DNA of 60,960 bases, counting the filler, from Basidiobolus ranarum (Eukaryota): NCBI GenBank assembly GCA_040143965.1. It is 6 parts of 6 records of this genome, joined end to end, with 100 filler letters (N's around TTAATTAATTAA, not from the genome) between each part and the next. Parts side by side here need not be neighbours in the genome. Positions count along the whole stretch, not along the records: positions 10,190 to 20,276 come from JASJQH010007618.1; positions 20,377 to 30,456 come from JASJQH010007619.1; 4 more parts are not named here. One strand, 5' to 3'. Position numbers and translations under genes: made by a program. Each line of letters opens with the position of its first letter. The stretch's first letter is position 1. The notes under the pieces are model-generated. The model saw nothing but the letters and a program-made list of their open reading frames with translations. It was not told the origin of the DNA and ran no database searches. Of the stretch, positions 12,299-25,138 are shown piece by piece.

Positions 12299-14011
12299 AC
12301 CACTGCTTAGATATAAATGGGAGTAAGTGGTTCAATGTGTCTGGATAAACACCTGCACTGACTAAGCATGCTACGCATTGTTCCAGTAATGAAAATATGA
12401 GTCAAGAATGCAGTTTTCTGACAATTCATATTGCAGATGTTCATATGCTTCTAACATAACGAAGATATGGAGATGGAATAGGATGAAAACAAAGAAGCAG
12501 ATTTTCAATTCCAAATATTCAATAATCATTACTCATTTTAAGCAGTCAAAAGTGACCACCCGATACACACCAACGACAATCAAATATTCTGAGAGTACTA
12601 CAACCTCACCCTACTAACATGCCCCTAGTTCAACTATATACAATTGAACATCATCAGAGTCCGCTTCCTAAGTGCGTATAACCAAGAGTTTTAATTAGAG
12701 TAAGACATTGGTGAATTTGTAAGCAAGAGTTAGCGATCAGGCAATGTAGTGAATATTTCTGTAACAAACTCTATGTCGGAGAAGTGGAGTTACCTCGAGG
12801 GTTACTCTTTTTTATAGTATACTAATTTGAAAAAGAGCTACATAGGTATTTAACATTATAGTTTAGAGGCCAAACTTACGTTGATACTGAGTGAAATATT
12901 GGAGGCTTTATTGCAATAAACATAGATATCACATACTCACGATTTAATTAAGTTCTAGCAATATGATATCAAGTATAATACTAGTAACAGATCAAGGAGA
13001 GTTACTCATGCTTGGATTATTTTAGCAAGCATCTATTGGCAGCAATTTGTATATAATTAGCCTATCGCTTCATAGATATAGTAAAGAAATGTTGGAAGAT
13101 ATACTTGAAAAGGCTGCAGTAATCCACCTAATATCACTGCCACAGCCTTACATGTCAAGATTAGGATAAAACCAATACCCCAAGCCTTCACATGAAGCTG
13201 TATTATGCACAATATCCTGAATTTGTAAACTTGCTATCTATTCTAGGTACTTAAAATTGACTCCATTTAATTCGACTTGCTAATACCTAGATGCAACATA
13301 GGATTTCCAAACAATGCTCGGGTGTTCGCAGGAGTCTCAGATCATGGGAGACTGTACAAAAAAGCAAGTGTGTAAGTGAACGAAGATTGAATGAACAAGT
13401 CCTATTGTATTGTTTGGTCTGTGCATACAGTGAAATACACAAACCATTAAACTTGCACTCCTCTGGATCCCGTGATGCAGAAAAAGGGAAACTACAAGAA
13501 ATAAATCTCACCACTACGAAGTTCTTTAAAGGCAGGTGTTTATTAACCAAGACTTGGTATGAATAATGAAAGTGTTTTCGTTCCAGCAACTATTGACGAG
13601 CTATGAGTAGAATGGAATATGAAATAGAAGTTTTGTTTACGTATATAATCACTTAAAGAATATCGATTTAGGCATGAATAGTGCAGCACGCGGTGCTTAA
13701 ATATTAAGCTTAGGTTATTCATATTGACCAAATCCGACATAATACGATCTAAAGTTATGGGGTAAGTACAAAGTTGTGAAACATGTCCACCACACTCAAT
13801 ACTATTATCCCGTGTATATCCTCTCTAAACCATCAAAGCGACTAATCTTCTTCAACTGGCACAAAAGACCTTATCCCCCATCTACGTATTAACTGAGAAT
13901 CCCTTATTTATCTGACTTTTCTCATTATCTCCAACATAGGCTGTCACATGCGCAGTCAAGTGTTTATGTTTTCAAGTAAATAGGTATTGGGAATTGACAC
14001 CGGATTTAGCC

Positions 14012-14032
14012 TATATATATATATATATATAT
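14012..14032. repeat. (TA)n microsatellite
   Basis: About 10 TA units. Confidence 0.85.
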
Positions 14033-17000
14033 CACAAGCTACTCTGGGAAGCGCTGCGAATCTCTCTACCTTCGCTAAGATAAAAATCTGGAACATCTTG
14101 ATCTTACTCGTATCCAGCATTCAAGACAACTGATTTGATCACAGCTCCTCATGAACGGGAAATTGGTAAATGAAAGCAATTGAGTATACCAACGTCACTG
14201 AAGCTCAAAGCAATGAAATCTCATGGTTACGCGTGTTTCTCCAACCTCGAATCGGTGATTATTTCAACCACACTATCGAGCTTTAGAGTAGGGCCGAAAA
14301 TACCTACATTCTGATATATACTTCCCATTGATCTTTGCAGCCATATTATTTGTTATTATTCCACCATATTAAGGAAAAGCATTCATACAAACTCGGAACT
14401 GGCTCGGTGAAACACCGAAAATGCTGCATAAAGCGGTTGTTAAATGACTCATATGGAACTTCAAAATTATACGTGCTTATTTGAAATATTCACTGAAAGA
14501 GGACAAGGGTTACACACGAGATACTATTGCCGACTAGTGTTGTGTGGTAGAGAATATCCATACTTGCAGAAGAGACAAATATAGTGCTCAACTTTAACTA
14601 CTCACTGAAATTTCAATGGGTTAAAATTCCAACTCAAGATATAATTTATTATTTGTACACATTTATGTAGCAGCCAGTGCCACATAATATGTAAAATATG
14701 CCACAGTATAAATATGAACCTTCTTACCGACCTACCTTATTACCATTTACATTTTGTATTGTATTACCTTGCTGGGTATTTGCTTTTGGCAGTTGGGCTG
14801 TATATATTTTCAAATGGATCATTGTGCATACCCTGGTTGAAAATCATGCCCATTGCGTTGTTCACCAATATTCTCTAACCCCCCAGTATTCATTCCTCTT
14901 TTTGATCTCTGCCGTTGCCTATTGTGTGTTTGTAAAACTCTGACTTACGCTACGCAACAGTCACAAAGACTAATATGAATCGTTTACCACTCCTGAATGA
15001 TCCCAAAAAGACTTGGATCATCACAAAAACCAGAACGATGGGGGTGTTTACAACGGCGGATGAATTCGGCTTTCGGCTAATCCTGAAGAATCCGGTTATT
15101 CCTTGTACCCAAATAGCCTTTAATAAATGGAAGTGGTGATCAAAGACAAGACAAAATAGAATCCAACTTGTTGCCGACAATGACCCCATTTTCCTATTGT
15201 ACTTCTCTACTGTTATTGAAGAGTGACGATATATTAACCAGAGTAGAACAGATTGTTGGGATATTTCTAACAGAGTTACGCCTAACTCAAAGAAAGGATA
15301 GATGTTAAGGCTTTATCCATCTAGAGAAGTTATCTTACTGCTATATTCTAAGGCCCTGTCGTTATATTCACTTTACTAGGAATTATGTTGCTAATTATTT
15401 CCTAGTCCTTTGTAAGGCACAGTTAGAATACCTAAACACGGTTCCTTAGAAGAGTACTATGCTGTCTACGTAACACACGGCGTTCCGACATTTATCCTAA
15501 AAGTAACATCAAGCTACCATATGTTACGTTTAGTATGTTGGATATGCATCTCAATCACTTCCGCTGAAAGTAACTCTGTTACAAATCATAGAAGAATAAT
15601 CTACATTTGCCAGTGTGATATTCATTTATCCAAAGTCATTGGACTGTCAGCCGTGTTTGATATCAACCACATGATAACATCAATAGTCTCCCATTTTTAA
15701 ATCTATCGTTTTTATATCATGCAACTGAATACGTTTGCGTTATTTGCCATGCAGAACACTTCCTAGGGTGCACATCGAGGTCAGATGTATACTTAAATTT
15801 GAGAATAGTAGCACCGGTTGAGTCGGAAAATTCATCACAATATCTATATCACTCTTGTATTGAGAACTCGAAAAAGACCTTCGCTCACAGAATTGAATAA
15901 TGATACAAGACAACTATATCCGGTCATATTTCTGACCTTAATTCGTAATTGCCAGCATTGAAGTAATTCTTCCGTTACTGCATGCAGTATTGATTCATAA
16001 TGGCATGCATTTATTCTGGATAATCCAAAGTATTCCAAGTGAAAGAATGTTACTGTTTTGATCCTGTCAGATTGGAATTGAAATTGCGTCGTGGAAGTTT
16101 TAAAACCCATCCATCAATGTAAACTGGTTATTTCACAGAGTAACCGAGAACATCTTACTTTCCTATTTCAAGGAAGTAAACCGGAAATCTAGATGACATA
16201 GAAGGGCGCACTAATGTGTTGGTAACATAGTGTCTCATGATCTAGCAAATAGGGAACATTGAATAGTTAGTCATCTATTGTTGCTGAAAAAAAATCCAGC
16301 TAAATAGAGTTCGAAAATCAGGTAGCTGACTCTGTGTTATGTGGTAATGTAGAGTAATATTAAAAAGACAGGATTACCAAACCTAAACTGACATAAAATA
16401 TTCAAAATGGATAAAGTACAAGTGAAAATCGGGGTGATACAAGGAGACCACCCCATTATTCCACGATTGAAAATCTAGACCGAAAGACAACTCAAATGCC
16501 GCTTATTTTAGTGGGCTACACAGGTTTTCAGATTGCTGAATATTTCGGTACAACTGGAAATCCTATAATCAGGATATCAAATAGACACCACACAAACTAA
16601 TTACTAATTCTAGGGGATGATGGATGGTTGAAAGAATTCCAAAACTCATCTGTCTAAATATGTTATCAAGAATACCATTATTGCACTGGTCTCCACAATT
16701 TAAAGTTATCTTTATCGAAATCTGAAATTCCCGATCAAGCTGGGAATGTGAATATTATTTATGTGCATGGAGCTACAAATTCACAGGCATACTGAAGGAA
16801 ATAGAAAGGTATCTACTGACGCAGTATGGACTATGATTTATTGATCACATCAACAATGCTGATATCACAATAGCCCCAGAAAATGACCGTGAGGGCACCC
16901 TCAGTCACACATCAATGGTCATGTAGATTCTATGATGTTTGCAGCAGCACCAATCCCTACAAGACACCAGTTCAGATTGTGGACTGCCGTATACGATAGA

Positions 17001-19795
17001 CAGAATATGAGCGTTTAGCCACTTTCAAGTATTCAACTCTAGAAGAATCTTTAGCTTGGCTGATAACAACTCAGTGGGACGTCTGTGTAACTCTCGATGA
17101 CTGTGAACAGATCTACCATAATGCTAGAGAGTTTCCATTAGACCACTTAGTGTAAACATTCGAGCTAAAGGACCACTATACCATTGGTTAGGGAATGTCG
17201 AGGTGATCTTTGCAGAAAATCTCCCTATTCTTTGAGATGCTATAAGAATTCTTTAGGTTAAACAGCGATGTTTAGTCGAGTACTGAAACAGAATGCCTTA
17301 CATAATTAGCGTAACGTTGTACATCCACTTCTCCACAAACCCGTGACTGTATATAGATATTTTACCACCGTATGCAATACTGAAACCTTATCAGTATTGT
17401 GCCATTTCTACGTTTAGTAGGAGACGATTGTGATCTTAAAAAACTAAGTTACATGCTGGCCTGGAGAAAGAAATGCTAGAAAGCACACACAGCCATTGCA
17501 TGGGTATTACTATGTATTGTATTCCATCAAAAGCTCACTCCACATACTCGCCTAAGGTAAGGCTAATACATTATCAGAGCCAATGAGCTAAGTCCTTGGC
17601 CGATTTCCTCTAACTGCAACCCATATAATTACTATTTGCCGCTAATGTTCACTTTTATGGGCATTGGTCCAATGGATGCCTATTTTGAACTATCTTTTAA
17701 ATTACTTGCTTTTTTAAACCCTACGATTGGTATGTTGCGGTTACATTGATACCTCCCCGAATGGGTACGCAGCAAATAATTCTCGTTTGAGACGATGTTG
17801 TGAGATCCCAAAAATCTCCAGTTGGCGAGATCAAGTTTGAACCTAATATTTAGGTTCACTAATTTAGCCCAAAGCCACCCGCTGATGAAGCCCATTCGAC
17901 GGAATTGGACGGATGTCTGATAAATGTACTTACTTCAGAAGATACACCAATGGGCACACTAGAATTAGGTATTATAGCATTCGCACCTGACTAGGCGTGG
18001 CTCAAACATCAAACCAGAAGGATAACTGTGATTTCTAACTACTTTTGGTTGGATTAAAATCAAGCAATATGGTTTCAACTTCACGAACTATTCGGGTCAT
18101 TTCATTTAACTGGTAAGAACATTTAGAAATTACTTCACCCAAAGCTCATTATACAATGGTGAGAGGATCAGTTGCTTGGAGCTGGAGTCATCCGCCGTAT
18201 ACTGACTAAAGAGGCCCTACAAATTGACGGCGAGTTTCTGGACTCACCGGGAAGTCGATTGTTTCGCCTGGAATTACGACAATTGATGTGGACATGGATC
18301 CGGTGCCTGAGGCCTAAAACCCCAATGGCATTAGTCACTCTTTGGCAAGTTTATCCAGCAAACCTTGTTCGTGGAATCAAGCCTGAAGCTCGATTAAAGT
18401 AAGCTTAGAGTTCAGATAAGATAAAGATAATTGACAATGTGAGACACTGTGATGCCAGGACTTTTGAGGCTGTAAGCCATCGACTGTCTCCAAATTAGCA
18501 TAAAGTGATTTTTCGCTTATTCAAGTAAATCAGTCAACCATGCAATTTCATCGGAATGATCGAAAACTCGATGGTTCGACAAATTGACTTACCCATGAAT
18601 TTGGTGGGTGTCGACCCTATTCCATGGATAGGTTGGAATTGTTCCCAAATTCTTGGGAAATTAGTGTAGGAAACAGGAACCACTTGGGCCGTGAGATCCA
18701 GAATCCTACTTGTGAGAGAGACATGCAGCCACTCTTCACGGATAAGGTTTGGATTTGGGAAGCTGTGTGTGGGGTAGATTTTAAGCTTTACTCGTGATCA
18801 CTTGCTCTCTTGCGCTTTGCAAATGCATTGGTGGAGAAGGGCCTCACTAGATTTAAGCAGCTCTCTAATTTCAGCGCCAGTCTGCAATTGGGAATGGGCT
18901 TCTACTGTCTGAATGAAGGCTAAAATTAATATTAGTTCATAAATTTATGAGCACGCATGAGCCGCTGGTATCCAATGACATGGGCCGTACGGGGAGTGGA
19001 TTTTTAATATTTACTCGCATTCATCTCGTCAAATCAGAGATACTTTATTGCTTGCATATTGGTGCTGATTTTACATTCTCACTGATTGACCAAATATGGG
19101 CCGATGGCTTTCTGTTTGCAATAAACGAATCTTAAACATTTGCCCAAAGAATATCCTTGTCCTGTCCAACCAGGCCTCGGTCGAGTAGCCAGTTCAGCTT
19201 AGAGGATTGCCCAACTGATTGGATATTCAGTGATTACCAACCAATACGGTTGAATCCTACCAATGACATACTGAGGACATGGGAATTTTGTGATTCAATC
19301 GGTCATTTCATATCAAGGTGCTTGGAAATAGATGGATTTCTGTCATCTGCTGGCAACTGACATGCATCAATCCTTTGGACAATTTCCCACCAGCAATCGA
19401 TCATATACCAAATCTAACTGTCTGGTGGTAAAATTCGCTAGTGCCATCGAGACTCTACAGATCACCTTGATCTAAATAAATGTTGTTATTAATCCAGTAA
19501 AGTGTGTTGGGGGTACACAGTCTGATTCTCTAGGATGTGAACGACAAACTAGATATGGTGGTGGTTGATAAGGTTTCAGTATATGAGCATTTCACGGAAA
19601 ATCCTTGTGTAAATGGTGTCGGCCAGATTGAGAAGGATACATGTGGGGAGTAGCATAAGTTCCATATATGAAATAAGCCCATTCATCACGAAGGCTCGGA
19701 ACTCGTGTTGGATTCTGTATAAAAGCCCAGCCATCGCCTCCTTAGTTGCTCAGAAGTTCTTACTCTTTTAACAGTCTTTCGCTTCAATCTATCAC

Positions 19796-20276
19796 ATGGG
19801 TTTTTATATCTATTTGATTGCTGCCGCTGCAGCCGTCGGTGGTCTACTTTTTGGTTATGATGTGGGTGTCATCAGTGGTGTCCTTATTGTGCCAAGTTTT
19901 AAACATCGCTTCAATCCAGAAGGAAATACTTTCAAGGAAGGATTCATCGTAAGTAGTCTTGTGTTGGGTTGTTTCTTGGGCTCCCTTGGCGCCTCATACT
20001 TGGCCGATCGCTTTGGTCGTAGAACTAGTATCCTCATTGGCGCAATCACATTCACTGTTGGAGGAGCGTTGCAAGCATCTGCATACCAAATTGGCCAATT
20101 ATTCGCTGGACGTATTGTTGCTGGTCTAGCAGTCGGAGTGTTGTCTATGGTGGTTCCCTTGTATCAATCTGAGATTGCCCCCAAAGATATTCGTGGTAAA
20201 TTAGTATCCATGCGACAACTTGCCATCACTATTGGTATCTTGGTTAGTTTCCTCGTCATTCTTGCCTGGCAAAACG
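19796..20276 (+). CDS. MFS sugar porter family transporter, 3'-truncated by the contig end
   Basis: Motifs GGLLFGYDVGVISG, LADRFGRR, GRIVAGLAVG, VPLYQSEIAPKDIRGKLVS, QLAITIGIL; TATAAAA upstream. Confidence 0.95.
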
Positions 20277-20376
20277 NNNNNNNNNNNNNNNNNNNNNNNN
20301 NNNNNNNNNNNNNNNNNNNNTTAATTAATTAANNNNNNNNNNNNNNNNNNNNNNNNNNNNNNNNNNNNNNNNNNNN
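20277..20376. other. Artificial contig spacer
   Basis: 44N-TTAATTAATTAA-44N. Confidence 0.97.
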
Positions 20377-22782
20377 CAACTTCTGGCATTGTACTGGGCT
20401 TTTCAGTAGGCAAAATTTCAGTGGAAGGGTCCACACAAATGCTATTTTCTTCATTGTATTGGTTTGTATCAATTTGAATGATTGGATCTGGAGAAAATTG
20501 ATTTTTGTCATCATCTGAGATCATATTGGGCAAAAATGTTCCATTTACATTAAACAAAACATCCCTGGACTTGATTAACATTGAAATTTAGGAATAATAG
20601 AGTCTGTAGGCCTTAGTTTGGGTGCAATAACCCAGAAATATGCATTGTATCCAAAGATCATCAAATGTTTTACATCAGGTTTAACTCCAAACCAAGCTTG
20701 ATAGGATATAAAGTTAGACTGACTTCTAGTAAAACTCCTATTCTTCAAATATATGGCTGCAACAACAGATTCCACCCAAAAGTTGAGAGATATATTTTGT
20801 GCATTTATCATAGATCTTGCCATTTCTAATATAGTCCTGTTAGCTCTTTCAGCAACTCCATTTTTTTGAGGTGAATAGGGGGCAGTAGTTTCTTAGTTAA
20901 TTCCAAGAACTTTGCAAAAGTGCTCAAATAGTGTTGAAGTATATTCTCCACCATTATCAGTATGTATTTTCCTGCTTTTAGTTCCAGTTCCAGTTCCAGT
21001 CTCCACTTGTGTTTTAAAATATCTAGAGATAGAGAGAGCTTCTTCTTTTCTTTCCATAAAGTAGACCCAAGTGTATCTTGTATAATTATCAATAAATATG
21101 ATTAAATGTGTTTTTCCACCTGAAGATAAATTTTGCATAGGGCCACACAAATCTGAATGAATTAGAACCCATTTTTTGACAGATTTGATTACACCAGAGG
21201 TCTGGAATTGTTGCCAGGCTTGTTTTCCATATATACAACTCTCAAAAATGACCATTATGGTTGGAGGGTCCATTTGAATTCCACAAATTAAGCAATTTTT
21301 GATCATTTTGCTCAAATAATCAAATCCAATATGGCTAAATCTCTTACGCCATAATTAAATAGTTTCTTGATTGGAATAACCTATATTCACACATAAAACT
21401 CTTTGATTATATATAAGCTTGTATAAGGTTTGATCCTTTTCTCCCAAAGCTAAATAATTCCCATTTTGATCAATGATGGTGCATCCTGACTTATCAAAAT
21501 TGAATTTTAGCCCTTCCAAGGAGGCCCTGCAAACAGATATTAAATTCATGGCAATATCTGGAACATGTGGTACATCCTTAAAAATATGAACTTTCTCTTG
21601 AGAAGCACCAGCTTAATTGATTTGAATTATTCCCATTCCAATAGCATCCAATGGGTGGTCATCTCCAATGAAAACCTTTCTAATCTTCAGAATCTATGAA
21701 ATGTTGGGAAGCTCCAGAATCAATATCTCATGTTTGAGTATCCTTATTGGTAATCATAGAAAGAGCAGATATGAACAAGTGATCTTCTGTTGTAACCACA
21801 TTTCCAGATTCAGTATGTATTTCTTCTTTTGCATTCACTTAAAGCAATCTTTGCTTAAATTGCCAGTTCTTTTACAGTAATAACAGAATGTGTTACTTTT
21901 CTTCTTAAAGTACTTTTGACCTTTATAGGAATGTTTCCCATAGCCTATTAAAGCGTTTTCTTCATTCTTATGGTTAGATCCTGATTGGCATAAATTTCAT
22001 CCAGATGTCTGCCAAACATATAATTTAAGATCAAATTTTCAGTTCCTGATTCTAGAGTCATTACTAGGCTCTGAAACCTGTATGGCAGGCTATTCAGGAT
22101 TATAGTCCTGATTTCTTGATCAGTGGTAGGTACTTCAATGCATTCTGGTTTTAGCTCTTGAACATAGAATTAGCAATTTGTCTTGAATATATAGGCAAAT
22201 TGTGTCAAAGGCAAATTTTTCCTTGTTAACCTGGAGTAAAGCTTTTGTTCCAGATAATTTTGCATTGTTTTCTTCTCCTACAACAGTGTCCCAAAGTCCT
22301 TTTACTTGCAGCAGCATTTTCATTTTGATTTTCCAAACTTGATAATTGGAAACATCAAATTTTTCAGAAGAGAGAAATGTTCCATAAATTGGAGAAGTAG
22401 ACACAATAGAGAGTGCAGGCTTAGGGCTCATAACCTGTTAAGTCTTTGGGAGCCTGTTGGAAGTAGTTTGGAGAAATGGAGGAATTGGTGGTTTTTGCTT
22501 GTGGATTTATTGAGTACAAAGTTGACTTTTATAGTTTTGCCAAGATGTCAACAAACCAACATGTAGAATGTGTTAAGGAAGGTCCCAGAAACACATGTGC
22601 ACAGTTTGGGACTTCAAGCACAAGTTTGAAAAATCTATATATCTGAGAACATCAAAGTTGGTAAACTTGTTCTAAGCAAATTCCAATTGAGAATAATAGA
22701 TAATATCTGGTTGAATTATAACATAACTAAATACTAAGCTATATATGACTATATAGGTCTTTAGGCAATGCTAATTTCAACA
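20377..22782 (-). mobile_element. Degenerate Ty1/copia element (family A): 5' LTR 22436-22782, PBS, gag, protease, GAG-pre-integrase, integrase
   Basis: PBS GGTTATGAGCCCT; gag N-terminus KFDVSNYQVWKIKMKMLLQVKGLW; DSGAS protease; ESCIYGKQ, LIHSDLCGP, IHTDNGGEY and NGVAERAN integrase motifs. The protease-then-integrase order is the copia order. Multiple stops and frameshifts. Confidence 0.95.
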
Positions 22783-22826
22783 ATATCTTGGTGAAATATA
22801 ACAGAACTAAATACTAAGCTATATTT

Positions 22827-24184
22827 TGTTGAAATTGGCATTGCCTAAACACCTATATAGTCATATATAGCTTAGTATTTAGTTATGTTATAATTCACTA
22901 AAATATTTTCTGTTATTCGCATGAGGAATTTACTTGTAATAAAGTTTTCAGATATGTAGATTTTGGTAACTTATGCTAGAAGCCCCAAACTTTGCACATA
23001 TGTTCCTGGGACCTTTCTTAACCCACTCTACACATCAGTTTGTATAAATTTTGACAAAACTATAAATGTCAATTTTCCTCTCAATAAATCAATAAGTGAA
23101 ACCACCAATTCCTCTAATTCTCTAAACTACTTCCAACAGGCTTCCAAGTACTGTAACAGGTTATGAGCCCCAAGCTTGCACTCTCAGTAATGCTTACTTC
23201 TCAAATTTATAGAACTTTTCCCTCTTCTGAAAAATTGAATGCATCCAATTATCAAGTTTGGGAAACTAAAATAAAAATACTGCTGCAAGAAAAAGAACCC
23301 TGGATACTGTTGTAGGAGAAGAAAACAATGCAAAACTATCTGAAACAGAAGTTTTACTCCAGGTTAAAAAAGAACAAAGTGCCTTTAACACAATTTGTCT
23401 TAATGTTAAACACAAATTCCTAATTCAATGTTCAAGAGCTAAAACAGCCAAGATGGTATGGAAAGCCTTGGAAGATACCTACCAAAAAAGATCTGCTGTT
23501 AACATGATGTTCCTAAGAAGACAATTCTGTAACTAAAAGATGAAGCCAGGAGAAGAAATAAATCACTAACTCATAGAGTCACTATTTTTGTGAATGAAAT
23601 GGAATGTAAAGGAGTACCTACCACTGATGAAGAAATCAAAGTTAGAGTTCAGAATAGCCTGTCACACAGATTTCAGAGCCTAGTAATGGCTCTAGAATCA
23701 AGAACTGAAAATTTGGTCTTAAATTGTACATTTGGCCAACTTCTGGATGAAGATTTATGCAAATCAGGATCCAACCAAAAGAATGAAGAAAATGTTTCAA
23801 TAGGCTATGGAAAACATTCCTATAATGATCAAAAGCACCTCACAAAGAAAAGCAGCACAATCTGTGATTACTGTAAAAGAACTGGTGATTTAAGCAAAGA
23901 ATTCTTTAAAAGAATTGCAAAAGAAAAATGTATTGAATCAGGAAATGAGGTTACAACCAATGAGCAGTTGGTCATATCTGCTCTATATATGACTACCAAC
24001 AAGGATTCCCAGATGTGGTAAATTGATTCTGGAGCCTCCTAACATTTATAAATGAAAAACATTGGTTTGTGGATTATGAAGTAATCCCAATTAGAAAGGT
24101 TTTCATGGAAGATGACCACACATTGGATGCTATTGGAATGGGAGCAAATCAAGTCAATTTGACTGGTGCTTCTGAAGAGTAAGT
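22827..24184 (+). mobile_element. Degenerate Ty1/copia element (family A): 5' LTR 22827-23158, PBS 23159-23170, gag, knuckle, protease; interrupted at ~24184
   Basis: TG...CA LTR, GGTTATGAGCCC, CDYCKRTGDLSKEF, W*IDSGAS. Colinear with the copy at 20377-22782 until GGTGCTTCTGAAGAGTAAGT, where homology stops abruptly. Confidence 0.93.
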
Positions 24185-25138
24185 GTTGTGTAGATTTATT
24201 TGAATTTCAGAATTATAACCTAGATGATAGACATTCTTACTACTTGGCATGTTGATGTTTCAAACATTGGTTTTGTGCAGCAAGAGAAGTATCTGGATTG
24301 GGAGTGCAACTTCATGCTGGTTGTCTGGTATAACATGTAGTTGGATCAATGGATTTGGATCCTTCCTCACCTTCTTCCTCTGTATTATCTGGTGCTTCCA
24401 ACTAAATTTGGCTTGGCAAAGGCTGTGAAGGCTGTGTTATCTTGAGAATCATGTCCATACTTGTTTCAAATTCCATAGGGCCTGTCATTGATTTTAATTT
24501 GCCTTCATGTGAAGCTTTTTTGAGCATATCCAATAAATCTTTGTGTTTTTTCTTTCTACAGTGAGGTGGAAGAGATTTTAACTCTGCACCAATAGATTGT
24601 TTTGGCAGGTCCATTTTATATTTTTTTTCCTGTGGCAGCCAAAGTGGGAGTGCAAGCACTTCTGGATCATAACTGGAGTTGAATGTTTGTTGAATTGTAG
24701 CACATTTTCCTAATATCAATTTGGTGCTCTTAGAGAGAGGAGTGCAGCAATAATTAATTTCATTGATGTTTTTGCTAATTTGGTTGGCAAGTAACATGAA
24801 TTGAACCACCAGTATTTGGGCTAGAGTGCTATTTGATATTACATTTGGACTGCATAACATACCAATTCCAACTAGTTTACAGATTAGCCAAAGCCACATT
24901 ACTCCCAGGAGCCTTTATAGAATTGCATCAATGGATATTTCCAAAGAAGTTTCTGCAGCATCTGTTTGAATTCTTTTGTGAATTAATCAATCACATGATG
25001 TTGGTGTCTTGGTTGTTGGCAAGGAAGACCAGAGCTCATAGTATGCAAGGTAAAATAAGAAGTTCTGTAGATTTGAGGTCACAAAATTGAATCTCAGAGT
25101 GATTCACAAGCAGTCATGGATATTAAACTATTTACTGC

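Noticed and set aside
14650-15200. Possible small gene on either strand
   Set aside because: All frames are interrupted; no motif or convincing splice model.
17680-18900. Slightly GC-richer, coding-looking stretch
   Set aside because: Could not assemble a frame or identify homology by eye.
19796-22782. Sugar transporter apparently disrupted by a copia insertion
   Set aside because: The two are separated by an artificial spacer and lie on different contigs, so the truncation is an assembly effect.
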